The notes under the pieces: model-generated
The model's database searches: none
Told to the model about the DNA's origin: nothing
Seen by the model: the letters and a program-made list of their open reading frames with translations, nothing else
Shown here: positions 37,084 through 46,657 of the stretch, piece after piece
How the letters are laid out: the number at the start of each line of letters is the position of its first letter
Position numbering within the stretch: the stretch's first letter is position 1
From: a virus
Taxonomy: Duplodnaviria > Caudoviricetes
Length of the DNA: 59,076 bases
Direction: 5' to 3' (one strand)
Virus record (IMG/VR): IMGVR_UViG_3300043353_000061
Span: 1 to 59,076 of that record
Program-made: the position numbers and the translations under genes

Positions 37084-37569
37084 ATGGCTCACCTTCCTGT
37101 CGCCGGCTCATGGGGGCGGGTCAACCTCGTGAAGGTCGCCCCATCACTGACCACTCCCGTGTTCACGTGGTCGGGGAGTACGGTCGTCGCCCGCCTGACC
37201 TCGTGGCGTGCCCGCGAGTCGAAGGCCGGCGGCACCCCGTCGGTGCTCGACTTCGAGAGCACGGCCGACGCCGAGGGCGTGCTGTACCCGACGCCCATCC
37301 GCGGCGGCACGGCCGAGATGCCATCGATTGATGTCGAGGGGAACGCGGACATCGACGCCACGTCCGGCACCCTCACCATCCTGCCAATGAACGCGGCCGT
37401 GGTGGTGGACTTCCTGATTTTCAAGACGGGCACCATCGGCTACGTCGGCGTGCCGTGCGTGGTGCAGTCGTTCGAGATCGGCGGCAAGGTGGACGACAAG
37501 ACGTTCACCTTCCGGGCCACGTTCGTGGCGGGCGCGCCGCTCAAGAACTACATCGACGTAACCCCGTGA
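37084..37569 (+). CDS. Tail tube protein (putative)
   Basis: 161 aa beta-rich, precedes chaperone and tape measure. Confidence 0.65.
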   Translation: MAHLPVAGSWGRVNLVKVAPSLTTPVFTWSGSTVVARLTSWRARESKAGGTPSVLDFESTADAEGVLYPTPIRGGTAEMPSIDVEGNADIDATSGTLTILPMNAAVVVDFLIFKTGTIGYVGVPCVVQSFEIGGKVDDKTFTFRATFVAGAPLKNYIDVTP

Positions 37570-37573
37570 GGCT

Positions 37574-38152
37574 ATGAGTACAGAACACCCGCTCCCGGTG
37601 TCCGACTTGTTGGGCAACGACGGGCCGTTGCCGGAGATTCACTTCAACGGGCAGGTGTATCCCGTCGGGCTGCCGTGCCCGGAGGTGGTCGCCACCGCCG
37701 AGAGTGTGGTGCCGGCGATGGCACTGGCCAACCTGAAGGGCACCCAGGCGTTCGCCGACCCCGCCGAGTACGCGAAGGACGAGGCCCGCATCAAGGCGGC
37801 CGTGCGGGGCAAGGAGTATGGGTTCGGTCGCCCACTGTTCGCCGAGGTGATCGGCGGGGCCGATGGCAACAAGGTCATCCTGTGGGCGTGCCTGCGACTG
37901 AAGACGCCGGGCGTCACGCTCAAGGACGTGGCGGACATGCTGCGCGACGAGACCGCGTCCGTGGAGCTGGAAGCGGCCCTGGAGGTGGTCGCCCCGGCTT
38001 TTTTCTCGACCGCGGCCGAGCGGATGGAGGCACCGCCGCGGGACCGGCAGGCGATGGCGGACACGATGGCGAAGCAGGCGCTGGCGAGCGTGCTGGAGCA
38101 GAAACTCCGCCGCCTGACGGCTCTGGCCTCGAACTCCTCCCCGGCCCCCTGA
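37574..38152 (+). CDS. Tail assembly chaperone (G-like)
   Basis: Position; T TTT TTC slippery heptamer at 37999-38005. Confidence 0.65.
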   Translation: MSTEHPLPVSDLLGNDGPLPEIHFNGQVYPVGLPCPEVVATAESVVPAMALANLKGTQAFADPAEYAKDEARIKAAVRGKEYGFGRPLFAEVIGGADGNKVILWACLRLKTPGVTLKDVADMLRDETASVELEAALEVVAPAFFSTAAERMEAPPRDRQAMADTMAKQALASVLEQKLRRLTALASNSSPAP

Positions 38153-38445
38153 AGGCTTACGCCGCCCTGCTGTTCGACGGCATGGGCGGGGCGAACGGCC
38201 TGCTGCCGCACGAGTTCAAGCGGTACACGTTCGACCAGATCGAGGCGTGGTGGCTGCGGCCGATGGCGGCCATGCGGAAGGCGACTGAGAGGGCGCAAGG
38301 CGGGAAGGCGGTCGAGGCGCCCGCCCCCGGCCCGATGACGATGGAGCAGTTCCGCGCCACGTTCGGCGACGTGTACCGCGACAAACCCGACGACTGGTGG
38401 GCGGGGGCGCTCGCCAAGTGGAACCGGGAGGCGGCCAGTGGCTGA
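37999..38445 (+). CDS. -1 frameshift extension of tail chaperone (T-like)
   Basis: -1 frame is open from slippery site to 38445; LLPHEFKRYTFDQI segment. Confidence 0.55.
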   Translation, partial: FFLDRGRADGGTAAGPAGDGGHDGEAGAGERAGAETPPPDGSGLELLPGPLKAYAALLFDGMGGANGLLPHEFKRYTFDQIEAWWLRPMAAMRKATERAQGGKAVEAPAPGPMTMEQFRATFGDVYRDKPDDWWAGALAKWNREAASG

Positions 38446-39565
38446 CCCACGACAGCAGGCGGAGAACGCGATCAAGGCCGAGCAAGAGGCGAAAGCCGTT
38501 GCGAAGGCTCTGGAAGCACTCCGCAAGGAACTCGACCCGACCCGGCAGGCACTCCAGAACACGGAGAAGGCCGCGGGCGGGTTCCGCGCCGTCGTCAGCG
38601 GCCTACAGTCGGTGGCCTCGATGGGCGGCCAACCGGCCGCAGCAATCAGCGCCGTGGGCGGGCAGTTCGGCAAACTGCTGTCGATGGCCGGGCCGTGGGG
38701 GGCGGCGGCCGGCATGTTCGTGGAAACGCTGAGTAGTCTCCCCCAGATGTTCAAGTCGGCCGGGGACAGCATCGCTGGATACGTCGGGAAGTTGAACCCG
38801 ACGGCCGCGGCCCGGTGGACGCAGGCGTGGGACGACATGGCTGCGGCGATCGGCGGCTACCTCATGCCCATTTTGGAGAACATGACGGGGGTGGTGAGGT
38901 TCTTCGGGGACGCCATCGCGGGGTGGCAGCCCATCATTCAACCCATCATCGACCAGGCCATGCGTCTGGCTGGGTCGTTCGGCTCGGCCTTCGGCGGGGT
39001 GATCGACAGCCTGATGGAGTTCTCGGCGGTCGGCGTGCAGGTGCTGGTGCCGTTCCTCCAGATCATGACCGACATCAACGCCGGCCCGCTCCGGCTGGTG
39101 GTCATCGGCCTGCAGGCGTTCAGCATGTGGCTGCACAACGTCGCCCAACAGTTGGCCCTGTTCTTCGGGATCGACCTGCCCAAGTTCAACGGGTCAAGCG
39201 CCGGCATGGCTGCCCGATCAACGGGGGTCAGTTCGGTTCAGGCGATGCTGACGAACCTTCAGACGCGGGCGTTCGCGCTCGGCGGGAGCAGCGGCAAGGG
39301 GGCCGACCCGGCGTTGCAGGCGGCGAACTTCCTGGAGAAGATCCTGGGCTGGATCGAAAAGACGCTCCCCGCGGAACTGAAGGCCCGAGCCAAAGAGATT
39401 GTTGACGCAATCACGACCGCGGCCAAGCAGGTGCCCGGCCAGGGCGCGGTCGGTCTGGCGTCGGGCGCCGTCAACGTGCAGTCCGGAATGAACAACGCCG
39501 TCGAGAACGCGAAGTTCGGCCTCCGACAACTGGGGTCGATACTGATGCCGCGGTTCGCCACGTGA
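38438..39565 (+). CDS. Short tape measure protein
   Basis: Ala/Gly-rich helical protein after chaperones. Confidence 0.7.
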   Translation: MADPRQQAENAIKAEQEAKAVAKALEALRKELDPTRQALQNTEKAAGGFRAVVSGLQSVASMGGQPAAAISAVGGQFGKLLSMAGPWGAAAGMFVETLSSLPQMFKSAGDSIAGYVGKLNPTAAARWTQAWDDMAAAIGGYLMPILENMTGVVRFFGDAIAGWQPIIQPIIDQAMRLAGSFGSAFGGVIDSLMEFSAVGVQVLVPFLQIMTDINAGPLRLVVIGLQAFSMWLHNVAQQLALFFGIDLPKFNGSSAGMAARSTGVSSVQAMLTNLQTRAFALGGSSGKGADPALQAANFLEKILGWIEKTLPAELKARAKEIVDAITTAAKQVPGQGAVGLASGAVNVQSGMNNAVENAKFGLRQLGSILMPRFAT

Positions 39566-39566
39566 G

Positions 39567-40136
39567 TCACTTGGCCGGCTGGATGTCGATCGCGTCTATG
39601 ATCGGCCTGCTCAGCACCAGATCGGTCGCGGCGCCTTTCACCCGGATAATGTCACCGGCTTTGTGTTTTTTGAGTTGGTCTTTGGTTGCAGCCGTCGAGC
39701 ACTCGATTTCGACGTGGTCGAATGAAAAACCTTGGGCAAAAAGCGGATCGAGTTGAGCCTCCAGCTTACCGCCAGTCCCGCTGTTTACAGACTTCAGTTT
39801 GCCAGTGACCGTTACGCCTTGTTGCCGATACTTGTCAGCAGCCGTTGCCGCGTTCGCCTTCCATTCCTTGATCATCTCATCGGCCGTCATTTCCGGATAA
39901 GTGCGGTTGCCGGCCAGCTGACGCTCTACCTGTTGTTGACTGACGACCGCGTTGTTCACCGGCGCCGCGGTGAAGAACATGGCGAACACGCCAAACGCCG
40001 TCACCCCGCCGCACAGGAGAAGAATCGCCCCGACGACCACCAGGATCAGCCACAGGGCGACGGAATTGCCGGCTGATCGGCGGGCCGGCTTCTCGTAATC
40101 GCCGCTGTCGTCTTCATCGCGTCGTCGTCGGCTCAT
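39567..40136 (-). CDS. Membrane-anchored OB-fold (tRNA_anti-like) protein, possible superinfection exclusion
   Basis: RRRRDEDD start, TM with LLLCGG, N..AADKY...VTVTG, GDIIRVKG. Confidence 0.7.
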   Translation of the reverse strand: MSRRRRDEDDSGDYEKPARRSAGNSVALWLILVVVGAILLLCGGVTAFGVFAMFFTAAPVNNAVVSQQQVERQLAGNRTYPEMTADEMIKEWKANAATAADKYRQQGVTVTGKLKSVNSGTGGKLEAQLDPLFAQGFSFDHVEIECSTAATKDQLKKHKAGDIIRVKGAATDLVLSRPIIDAIDIQPAK

Positions 40137-40194
40137 GGCGTCACCCCTGTGGGAAGGTGACGGAGTTGTAGGCAAAGTGGTTCGGTCGAAAAGG

Positions 40195-40437
40195 TTATTC
40201 CGATGGGATGAGATCGGCGGGTGTACATCCCAACGCGCTGGCGAGCCGCTGTAGCGTCGAAATGGTCGGCTCACGTTCGCCCCGTTCCAGCCGGGCGAAC
40301 GCACTGTAGGCCATCCCTGAAGCCGTGGCGGCGTCTTGGATGGACAGGCCGACTTCCTCCCGCTTCTCGCGGAGTCGAACGCCGAACGCCACCGCAACGG
40401 GGTTCGTGTCTTTCTTCTTCTTCGCCACGGCAAGCAC
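40195..40437 (-). CDS. XRE-family repressor
   Basis: FGVRLREKREEVGLS..ARLERGEREPT..LASALG. Confidence 0.88.
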   Translation of the reverse strand: MLAVAKKKKDTNPVAVAFGVRLREKREEVGLSIQDAATASGMAYSAFARLERGEREPTISTLQRLASALGCTPADLIPSE

Positions 40438-40458
40438 GCGGGGTTCCTCCGGAAAAAG

Positions 40459-40500
40459 TACCTACTGGTATTGCCTACGGCTACCAATTGGTACTAGTAT
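40459..40500. promoter_or_regulatory. Divergent promoter with TACC-N4-GGTA operators
   Basis: TACCTACTGGTA 40459-40470, TACCAATTGGTA 40482-40493; TTGCCT and TAGTAT boxes. Confidence 0.65.
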
Positions 40501-40597
40501 ACACCCGCTTCGGTCGGAGGTCGGCCGGAAGCAAAGTTGCCGGGGAGGTGTTACTAGCACCTCCCCGGCGTTCACCAATCCGTGTGGGGACTGGCTC

Positions 40598-40894
40598 ATG
40601 GTGATGTTATCCACGGACAGAGCGGCGGGAAAGGCGAGATGCGAGGCGGAGAGACGGCGGCGGGCGAGGAACAGCGTCACGAACAGACGACTTCATCGGC
40701 TGGTGGCGATGCTAGAGCGGGTGAAGGTGCTGGCGGACGATCTGGCGGAAGAGGTGGTGGGCGAGCCGATGCGGGGCTACATGGCGATCGGCGAGAGCCT
40801 GAACCTGCAAGAAGACCTCATCGTGATCGCGTACCAGGCGAACGTCGGGATGGGGTTCATCGACTCCGTCATCCTGTCGCCGGACGACAAGTGA
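40598..40894 (+). CDS. Hypothetical protein under a hairpin leader
   Basis: Divergent from XRE; GC3-biased. Confidence 0.6.
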   Translation: MVMLSTDRAAGKARCEAERRRRARNSVTNRRLHRLVAMLERVKVLADDLAEEVVGEPMRGYMAIGESLNLQEDLIVIAYQANVGMGFIDSVILSPDDK

Positions 40895-40966
40895 CCTGCT
40901 GACCTACCGGGCCGGCGGGTTGTCGGCCCATAGTTCCCACACCAACCACTTTCAGTACCAGACCAC

Positions 40967-41836
40967 ATGAGAAAGCCGTTCCACCGCTGCGTGTCTCCAA
41001 ACTGCGAAAAGATCGCTCAATACCGCGGGTGCGGGATGTGCGATAACCACTATAGAAAGGCGAGGTACACTCCCGCCCCGCCGATGCTGTGCAAGCACTC
41101 CGGTTGCGGCGAGCGGGCGCGCCCCAACCGCAATCGTTTCTGTGCTGCCCACTTCGTAAGTAATCGCAAGCCATGCCAAGTGGAGGGGTGTGGGAAGAGG
41201 CGCCACGGGCGCGGCTATTGTTTTTCCCACTACATGATGCTGGTGAAATACGGCGACCCGCTGAAAAGGATGGTGTCTCCAAAGGGGTTCTCGCAAGGGA
41301 AGACGTGCTGTATGGTCGGGTGTGTCACACCCACTAAGAAACTGATATTTGTCGAATTGAAATTCTACTGCAAAGCTCACTACACGCGACTCCGCAAGTA
41401 CGGCGACCCTCACTTCATCATGAAACCTCGCAGGGTGCCGAAGGAGGAGAAAAAACAGCGGCGGGCTGACGCTTGCAGGAGGTACAACAAAACGCCCCAC
41501 GGCCGGATGCGTCTCCAGTTTAACAAGGCGAAAGTTCGGGCCGCCAAGTACGGCTGCGACTCGGTGACGGGTATCCCGCAAGAAGTGTTCATCGCGCTCC
41601 ACAGCCGTACCCACTGTGCGATCTGCGGACAGTTCATGCCCGAGAATGACCGGACCCTAGACCACATCGTCGCGCTGAGTGAAGGGGGCGCGAACTCGCC
41701 GAACAACCTGCAGACGGTTCACTTGGTTTGCAACTGCCGGAAGGGAGGAGCCAGAGGGAGAAGGGCCAAGCAGTACGTGCCGCCGCCAGCGAAAAAAGTG
41801 ACTCACAGCTCGGTTGCGGCATCGCCCGGAACTTGA
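40967..41836 (+). CDS. HNH endonuclease with tandem Cys/His zinc-finger repeats
   Basis: Repeated C..GC...C..HY units; CAICG..LDHIVAL..NLQTVHLVCN. Confidence 0.85.
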   Translation: MRKPFHRCVSPNCEKIAQYRGCGMCDNHYRKARYTPAPPMLCKHSGCGERARPNRNRFCAAHFVSNRKPCQVEGCGKRRHGRGYCFSHYMMLVKYGDPLKRMVSPKGFSQGKTCCMVGCVTPTKKLIFVELKFYCKAHYTRLRKYGDPHFIMKPRRVPKEEKKQRRADACRRYNKTPHGRMRLQFNKAKVRAAKYGCDSVTGIPQEVFIALHSRTHCAICGQFMPENDRTLDHIVALSEGGANSPNNLQTVHLVCNCRKGGARGRRAKQYVPPPAKKVTHSSVAASPGT

Positions 41837-42213
41837 AGGACGGAGCAGGTCAGGCTGATGCGTGCCGCCAGAATGCCGCCGTACTCGGCGTGGCCGGTGC
41901 CGCCGGTGACGGACAGATAACGCCCCTCGAACGCCTTTAGCCCTGGGACGGTCTGGGAGACGTAGAGGCGGACGTCGGGCCTGTTCAGCTCCGGCTGTTC
42001 TCCCGCCACCTTGCACGAATCCCGGTCGTTGAACGTGCCGGATGGGAAGTCCCGCCCGCCTGCGGTGGTGGTCATGAGCACATCAACCGCACTGCACCCC
42101 GTGACGGTGCTCCACGTGAGAACGGTCCCGCCGGAAACGCTGGCCGACGCCTTCTCGATCCGTACGACCGCCGTTGAAGGGAGCATGCCGAACAGGATGC
42201 GGCCGAGGGCCAT
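41803..42213 (-). CDS. Head closure protein (putative)
   Basis: Position after adaptor, beta-rich 136 aa. Confidence 0.6.
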   Translation of the reverse strand: MALGRILFGMLPSTAVVRIEKASASVSGGTVLTWSTVTGCSAVDVLMTTTAGGRDFPSGTFNDRDSCKVAGEQPELNRPDVRLYVSQTVPGLKAFEGRYLSVTGGTGHAEYGGILAARISLTCSVLQVPGDAATEL

Positions 42214-42219
42214 GAGCGT

Positions 42220-42888
42220 TCACGCGATGAGGAGTTTGCGGTAGTTCTTCAGCATGCCGGCGACCACGGGGGAGATGAAGTCTGCGGCCCCTTCCTTTTT
42301 CCGGCTGATGACGTCGGTGTTGATGGTGATCGAAGCGCCGTCCATCGAAGCTGAGGTCACAAGGCCCACCCCCCTCCCGCCCGTCCCCAGGTTGTACCGG
42401 GCCAACGCTTCCATCAGCGCTGCTTCCTGTGCCGCGGACAGCGCGGCGGTCGTGTCGGCGGTATACACCACCTTCAGCGTCCCGGTGTCCGCTCCGATGG
42501 TGCCCGCCAGACGGTCGGGGGCACGCCGCACCTCGTATGGCCAGTTGCACCCCAGGCGGACGATCGCCGTTGATCCGGCTTTCGCCTGCATGTAGTCGGT
42601 GTCTAATTCGAGGAGTGTGTCCGACGCGAACTCGCGGCTGTCGTCCAGGTACACCGCCGACACCGTGACCGGCACGTTGCACCCGACGTCGCGGACGCTG
42701 ACACTATCGCCCCCATTCGGGCCGAGGTACTCGGTGTGCCCGGTGGCGAAGTCGGCCGTTTCCGGATCCCACCCCAAGTAGTCCTTGACCGCTTGTGCGG
42801 CGGCGCTCACGAGCTGAGTCAGGCGGGCATCACGGTCCGTAGACGAGATGCCGAGTTCCGACTTGAAAAGCGGCAACGAGAGCAACAT
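42220..42888 (-). CDS. Head-tail connector/adaptor (gp6-like)
   Basis: LSL..FKSELGI..D..L..L..AA..V..YLG; LKNYR end. Confidence 0.75.
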   Translation of the reverse strand: MLLSLPLFKSELGISSTDRDARLTQLVSAAAQAVKDYLGWDPETADFATGHTEYLGPNGGDSVSVRDVGCNVPVTVSAVYLDDSREFASDTLLELDTDYMQAKAGSTAIVRLGCNWPYEVRRAPDRLAGTIGADTGTLKVVYTADTTAALSAAQEAALMEALARYNLGTGGRGVGLVTSASMDGASITINTDVISRKKEGAADFISPVVAGMLKNYRKLLIA

Positions 42889-42909
42889 GCCCCAACGATG
42901 GCCCGACTT

Positions 42910-42922
42910 GGGGAACCGGCGT
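42910..42922 (-). promoter_or_regulatory. Late-promoter motif (adaptor)
   Basis: Exact copy, N9-CATCGT-N6-ATG. Confidence 0.8.
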
Positions 42923-42925
42923 GCG

Positions 42926-43102
42926 TCAACCCATGATCTGCTTCCACACCCACAGCAGAGCCGCGAACAGCACCGGGACGACCACCACCGCGGCCAGCAG
43001 CATGAACGCCCCGCCGATAGCCATCCGCCTCCACATCGCTTTCACCTCGGCGTTGTGCTCGGCTTCCATCTTCTGGCACCGCTTGTCGAAATCGCTCAGC
43101 AT
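42926..43102 (-). CDS. 58-aa membrane protein; not in ORF track
   Basis: MLSDFDKRC...AIGGAFMLLAAVVVVPVLFAALLWVW; GAGG RBS. Confidence 0.55.
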   Translation of the reverse strand: MLSDFDKRCQKMEAEHNAEVKAMWRRMAIGGAFMLLAAVVVVPVLFAALLWVWKQIMG

Positions 43103-43173
43103 GTGAACACCTCACAAACGGACAACGGGCGCGGAGGACTCACCCCCACGCCCGAAGTGTACCACGCGCAGCG

Positions 43174-43428
43174 TTACTTGCACTGCCACCGCTTCGCGTC
43201 CTGCACGCCGCTCACGACCGTCAGCGCCCCGGCGTCGTTCCGCACGAGGGCCGAGACGTCGGTGCCGGAGTTCAGCCCGAACGCGAGCGCCTCGTAACTG
43301 GTGCCGCTGCTCAGCCCCCGTTCCGGGTCGTCCGGGCCGACGAAGGTCAGGCAGTGGCCCGCGGACGGCTTGCCGTGCTCTGGCTTGCCGTGCGCCGCCT
43401 TGGGTTCGGTGTGGGTCGCCTTGCTCAT
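43174..43428 (-). CDS. Hypothetical protein
   Basis: GAGG RBS. Confidence 0.5.
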   Translation of the reverse strand: MSKATHTEPKAAHGKPEHGKPSAGHCLTFVGPDDPERGLSSGTSYEALAFGLNSGTDVSALVRNDAGALTVVSGVQDAKRWQCK

Positions 43429-43481
43429 CGGATCGCCTCGCGGTGTGATCGGGCGATAGGGGAATAGCACCCGCCGTGCCA

Positions 43482-44246
43482 TCACGCGCGGAGCTGGAAC
43501 ACCTTGAACGAGCGGAGCAGCATGGTGGGCCGGTCCGTCGCGTCTGACTGGACCACGATTGACGGGTAGATCAGTGCGGCCTTCGGGATGTTGGCGGTGG
43601 CGATCGCAGTGCCGACCGCGGCACCCGCCACGAAAGGCTGATAAGTATCGAGTACACCGTCGTAGAACCCGCCGAGCTTCACCCGCGTGGCGTCCACGAG
43701 GGTCGTGCCCGTCGCGGTGGTGCCCGTGCCGGCCTTGTCCGCCGTCACCACGGCCGCCAGCAGACCGCCGTCGAGGATCTGGTAGCCCAGCCGGTTGTTC
43801 GTCGTTTGGGCACCCGCCGCGATGATCGTGGTGTCGGATGCCGCGAGGCCGACGTAGAGTTGCAACTTCGTCACCGGCGGGGTGGCGGCGGACACGCTGA
43901 AGTCGGCCTCCCACCAGAGCGACTTGTTCGCGGCCGGCAGGAACCCGGCCTTGAGCGCCTGCAGGTTCACCCCCTGGTTGTCGGTGGTGGCCCCGCTGTC
44001 GATGAGCAGCGCCCCCGGCACGGTGGTGGAAGCCGCCGCGGTGCCGCTCGTCGATTGCGTCAGCGTCCACTCGTTCGTGGCGTCGTACCGGGTGGCGTTG
44101 TACTCCCACAGGATGCCGATGCTCGGGTCGAACAGTTGCTCCCACAGCGGGCAGTTCCGCCAGAGGTTGGTCGGCGCCGTCGGGTTGAGTGCCGGGTCGT
44201 ACACCGACACCCGCCCGTCGCCGTAAGTGTTGCCCTGGGTCGGCAT
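43482..44246 (-). CDS. Lectin-like beta-sandwich virion protein
   Basis: Thr/Ala-rich beta strands, head module. Confidence 0.6.
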   Translation of the reverse strand: MPTQGNTYGDGRVSVYDPALNPTAPTNLWRNCPLWEQLFDPSIGILWEYNATRYDATNEWTLTQSTSGTAAASTTVPGALLIDSGATTDNQGVNLQALKAGFLPAANKSLWWEADFSVSAATPPVTKLQLYVGLAASDTTIIAAGAQTTNNRLGYQILDGGLLAAVVTADKAGTGTTATGTTLVDATRVKLGGFYDGVLDTYQPFVAGAAVGTAIATANIPKAALIYPSIVVQSDATDRPTMLLRSFKVFQLRA

Positions 44247-44291
44247 CGAAAAGTCTCCGTAGCGGGTGTCAGTAGGTGAGCGGACTCAGTT

Positions 44292-44810
44292 TCAGGCGGT
44301 CAGCGACTCGGCGCCCTTGTCGGTCAGGCGGACGCGGAACTCGAACAGGCTCTCGGCCTCGGACCGCTTGATGTCGCGGCGGGCGTAGCGGGTCTCCCGG
44401 CCGTCAGCGGCGTCGCCGTTCTCCAGCCACTCCCACACGTCCTTTTCCTTGTTGACGCACACTTCGAGCTGGTACTTCTGGTAGCGGGCCCGTTCGGGCA
44501 GCTTGTCCGCCTTGATCGCCGCGAACGGCCCGTGGTGCCGCTGCTTCGGCCCGGTCCACTCCATGCCGCCCTCGATGAGAACGGCCGGCGGCGGCAGGTG
44601 GGCGCCGTTGTGGACGGTAACAGCGGTGGCCGGGTTGCCGGTGGTCACGTACTTGGTGCGGCCGAACTCGATCTCGCCCCGCAGCCAGGCGAGGGCAATC
44701 ACCTTCGGGTCCGCCGCCACCTTGTTCAGCGGCACCTCGCCCTCGGTGGCGAGGGTCAGCAACAGCTCGTCGGTGGACAGGGATTCTTTCGTCGCGGTAG
44801 CCGTAGCCAC
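44292..44810 (-). CDS. Hypothetical head-module protein
   Basis: GC3-biased ORF. Confidence 0.55.
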   Translation of the reverse strand: MATATATKESLSTDELLLTLATEGEVPLNKVAADPKVIALAWLRGEIEFGRTKYVTTGNPATAVTVHNGAHLPPPAVLIEGGMEWTGPKQRHHGPFAAIKADKLPERARYQKYQLEVCVNKEKDVWEWLENGDAADGRETRYARRDIKRSEAESLFEFRVRLTDKGAESLTA

Positions 44811-44870
44811 AGGGGAGAACTCCGAAGGTGGGGAAAGGGGCGGGATCGGTTCCCGCCCCCGTCAAGCCTG

Positions 44871-45356
44871 CTAATCGATGATCGCGCTCGGAGGCGAGGC
44901 TTGCGGATAGCGGGGGCCGGTCAGGATGTACAGCACGGCGATGAGGTCGGCGTTGCTGCCGGGGGTGGCGATGCCCACCCGCACGCAGTCGAACCCGCCG
45001 TCCACGTCGAGGCTGGACGCATCGACTTCGATCACGTTGAACTTGTTCGCGGTCGCCGTCAGGTTGTACGTGTCGGAGGTGACGGTGTTGGCCGTCAGCA
45101 GGTCGGCCGTCAGGGCGGTGCCCGACCAGTATTTCGTGAAGCTCAGCGCCTTCGCGCCCGTCGCCGCCACGTCGGTGGCCTGGAGGAGCGTCACCGCCGG
45201 GGTGCCGCCGGCCCACGCCCCCTGCATGATGACGATGGTCAGGTGGGAGTACCCTTTGAGGCTCACGTAGTCCCCGGCGACCGCCGCCCCGGTGGTGTCG
45301 ATGGGGACGGCCCCCACGACGATTTTCGCGTTCTCGACCAGCCGCATGTTCGACAT
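44871..45356 (-). CDS. Head decoration/cement-like protein
   Basis: Directly after capsid gene; GDYVSLKGY, LDVDGGFDCVRV, PRY. Confidence 0.7.
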   Translation of the reverse strand: MSNMRLVENAKIVVGAVPIDTTGAAVAGDYVSLKGYSHLTIVIMQGAWAGGTPAVTLLQATDVAATGAKALSFTKYWSGTALTADLLTANTVTSDTYNLTATANKFNVIEVDASSLDVDGGFDCVRVGIATPGSNADLIAVLYILTGPRYPQASPPSAIID

Positions 45357-45429
45357 GGGAATCGTCCCCGTGGGGGTGGTGTGGTGGGTGGTGTTTCAGT
45401 TCGGCAAGGCGCCAACACGCAGCCCCCGA

Positions 45430-46617
45430 TTAGCGGGTGGCAAGCAAAACGATCGGACTCTGGGTGTTCGTTCCGTTCAGCGGAGTCAACGCACTTGCCT
45501 GCCACGGGGCGGCATCCAACCGGAAGATCGTGCGGAACGCCTGCTCGTCGCTGGTGAAGTACACGTGCATCGAGGTCAGGGATTGCATCCCCTGGGTGAT
45601 GCTGACGATCTGCGACAGGTCCACCAGCGCGATGTCGCCGACGGTGCCGAGGGTGCTGGCGAACTCGATCTCCATGATCGGGGCGCCCATCAGCGTCGAG
45701 TACGGGGCGCCCGACACCCCGCCCGGCGGCATGAAGGTCGTGACGCCCGCGGTGCCGATGCCGAGGGTCATCAGGTACAGTTGCGGCAGGACGTCCTGGT
45801 TGATGAGCCACACGTAGTTGCCGGTCGGGCCGAGCGCGAACCGACGCGCCCACATCTTGGCGATGTTCGCCGTGGTGATGGTTGCGGCCAGTTGACCCGA
45901 TTCGGCCGCCACGCTCACCGCGCACGGGGCGTTGATGAGGCCGAGCGGCTGGCCCGCACCCGTGCCGCGGAAGATGGCGTTGTTGGCCGCGAACCCGATC
46001 TCCAGGGCGAAGACGCGGGTCAGGTATGTCTCCAGGGTGGTGGACGTGTCCTTGATGAGTTCGTCCGTCACCCGCGCCAGGCAGGCCAGCTTGTTCAGTT
46101 GCAGGCGGAGTTGCCCGAAGGTCGGGGCGCTCGCCGTGATGGTCGAACCCTCGGCGACCCAGTACGCACGGACACCACCCCAGCGGGAGCCGGTCGCCCG
46201 GCTGGATTCGGCGTTCCGCGGGAACACCATCGTGTTGCCGGCGGAGGTGTACTGGTCCGTCTTGGCGAGCAGGTTGTTTTCGTTGTAAACCCGCTCGAAG
46301 ATGTTCGAGGAGAACGTCGGCGGCACGAGGAACCCGCCGTCACTGCCGACCAGCTCGCCCATCCCGGTGGCCGCCTTCACCACCCGCTCGTCGCTGAACG
46401 CCTTCTTGATGAAGGCGCTCCCCTCGGTCCGCGAGGGGCTTTGCCGCACCTCGTGGAGGAAGTGGGAGTAGCTCTTGAACCCCCACATCCCTTCGACGTC
46501 GCGGTCGCGGGCGGTGGCGGGGACGGTGGCGAGCGGTTCCGGCGGCGTCCCGCGGTCGGGGGTGCGGTTGATGTCGGCCGCCAGCTTGGCCGCTTTCTCT
46601 TTGGTCAGGGTGCTCAT
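45430..46617 (-). CDS. Major capsid protein (HK97 fold)
   Basis: DGGFLVP, WVAEG, GTGAGQPLG, FTSDEQAFR. Confidence 0.93.
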   Translation of the reverse strand: MSTLTKEKAAKLAADINRTPDRGTPPEPLATVPATARDRDVEGMWGFKSYSHFLHEVRQSPSRTEGSAFIKKAFSDERVVKAATGMGELVGSDGGFLVPPTFSSNIFERVYNENNLLAKTDQYTSAGNTMVFPRNAESSRATGSRWGGVRAYWVAEGSTITASAPTFGQLRLQLNKLACLARVTDELIKDTSTTLETYLTRVFALEIGFAANNAIFRGTGAGQPLGLINAPCAVSVAAESGQLAATITTANIAKMWARRFALGPTGNYVWLINQDVLPQLYLMTLGIGTAGVTTFMPPGGVSGAPYSTLMGAPIMEIEFASTLGTVGDIALVDLSQIVSITQGMQSLTSMHVYFTSDEQAFRTIFRLDAAPWQASALTPLNGTNTQSPIVLLATR

Positions 46618-46657
46618 GCGATCTCCGAAAGTGGCCCTCGCGGGCGGGGGTTGTGGG

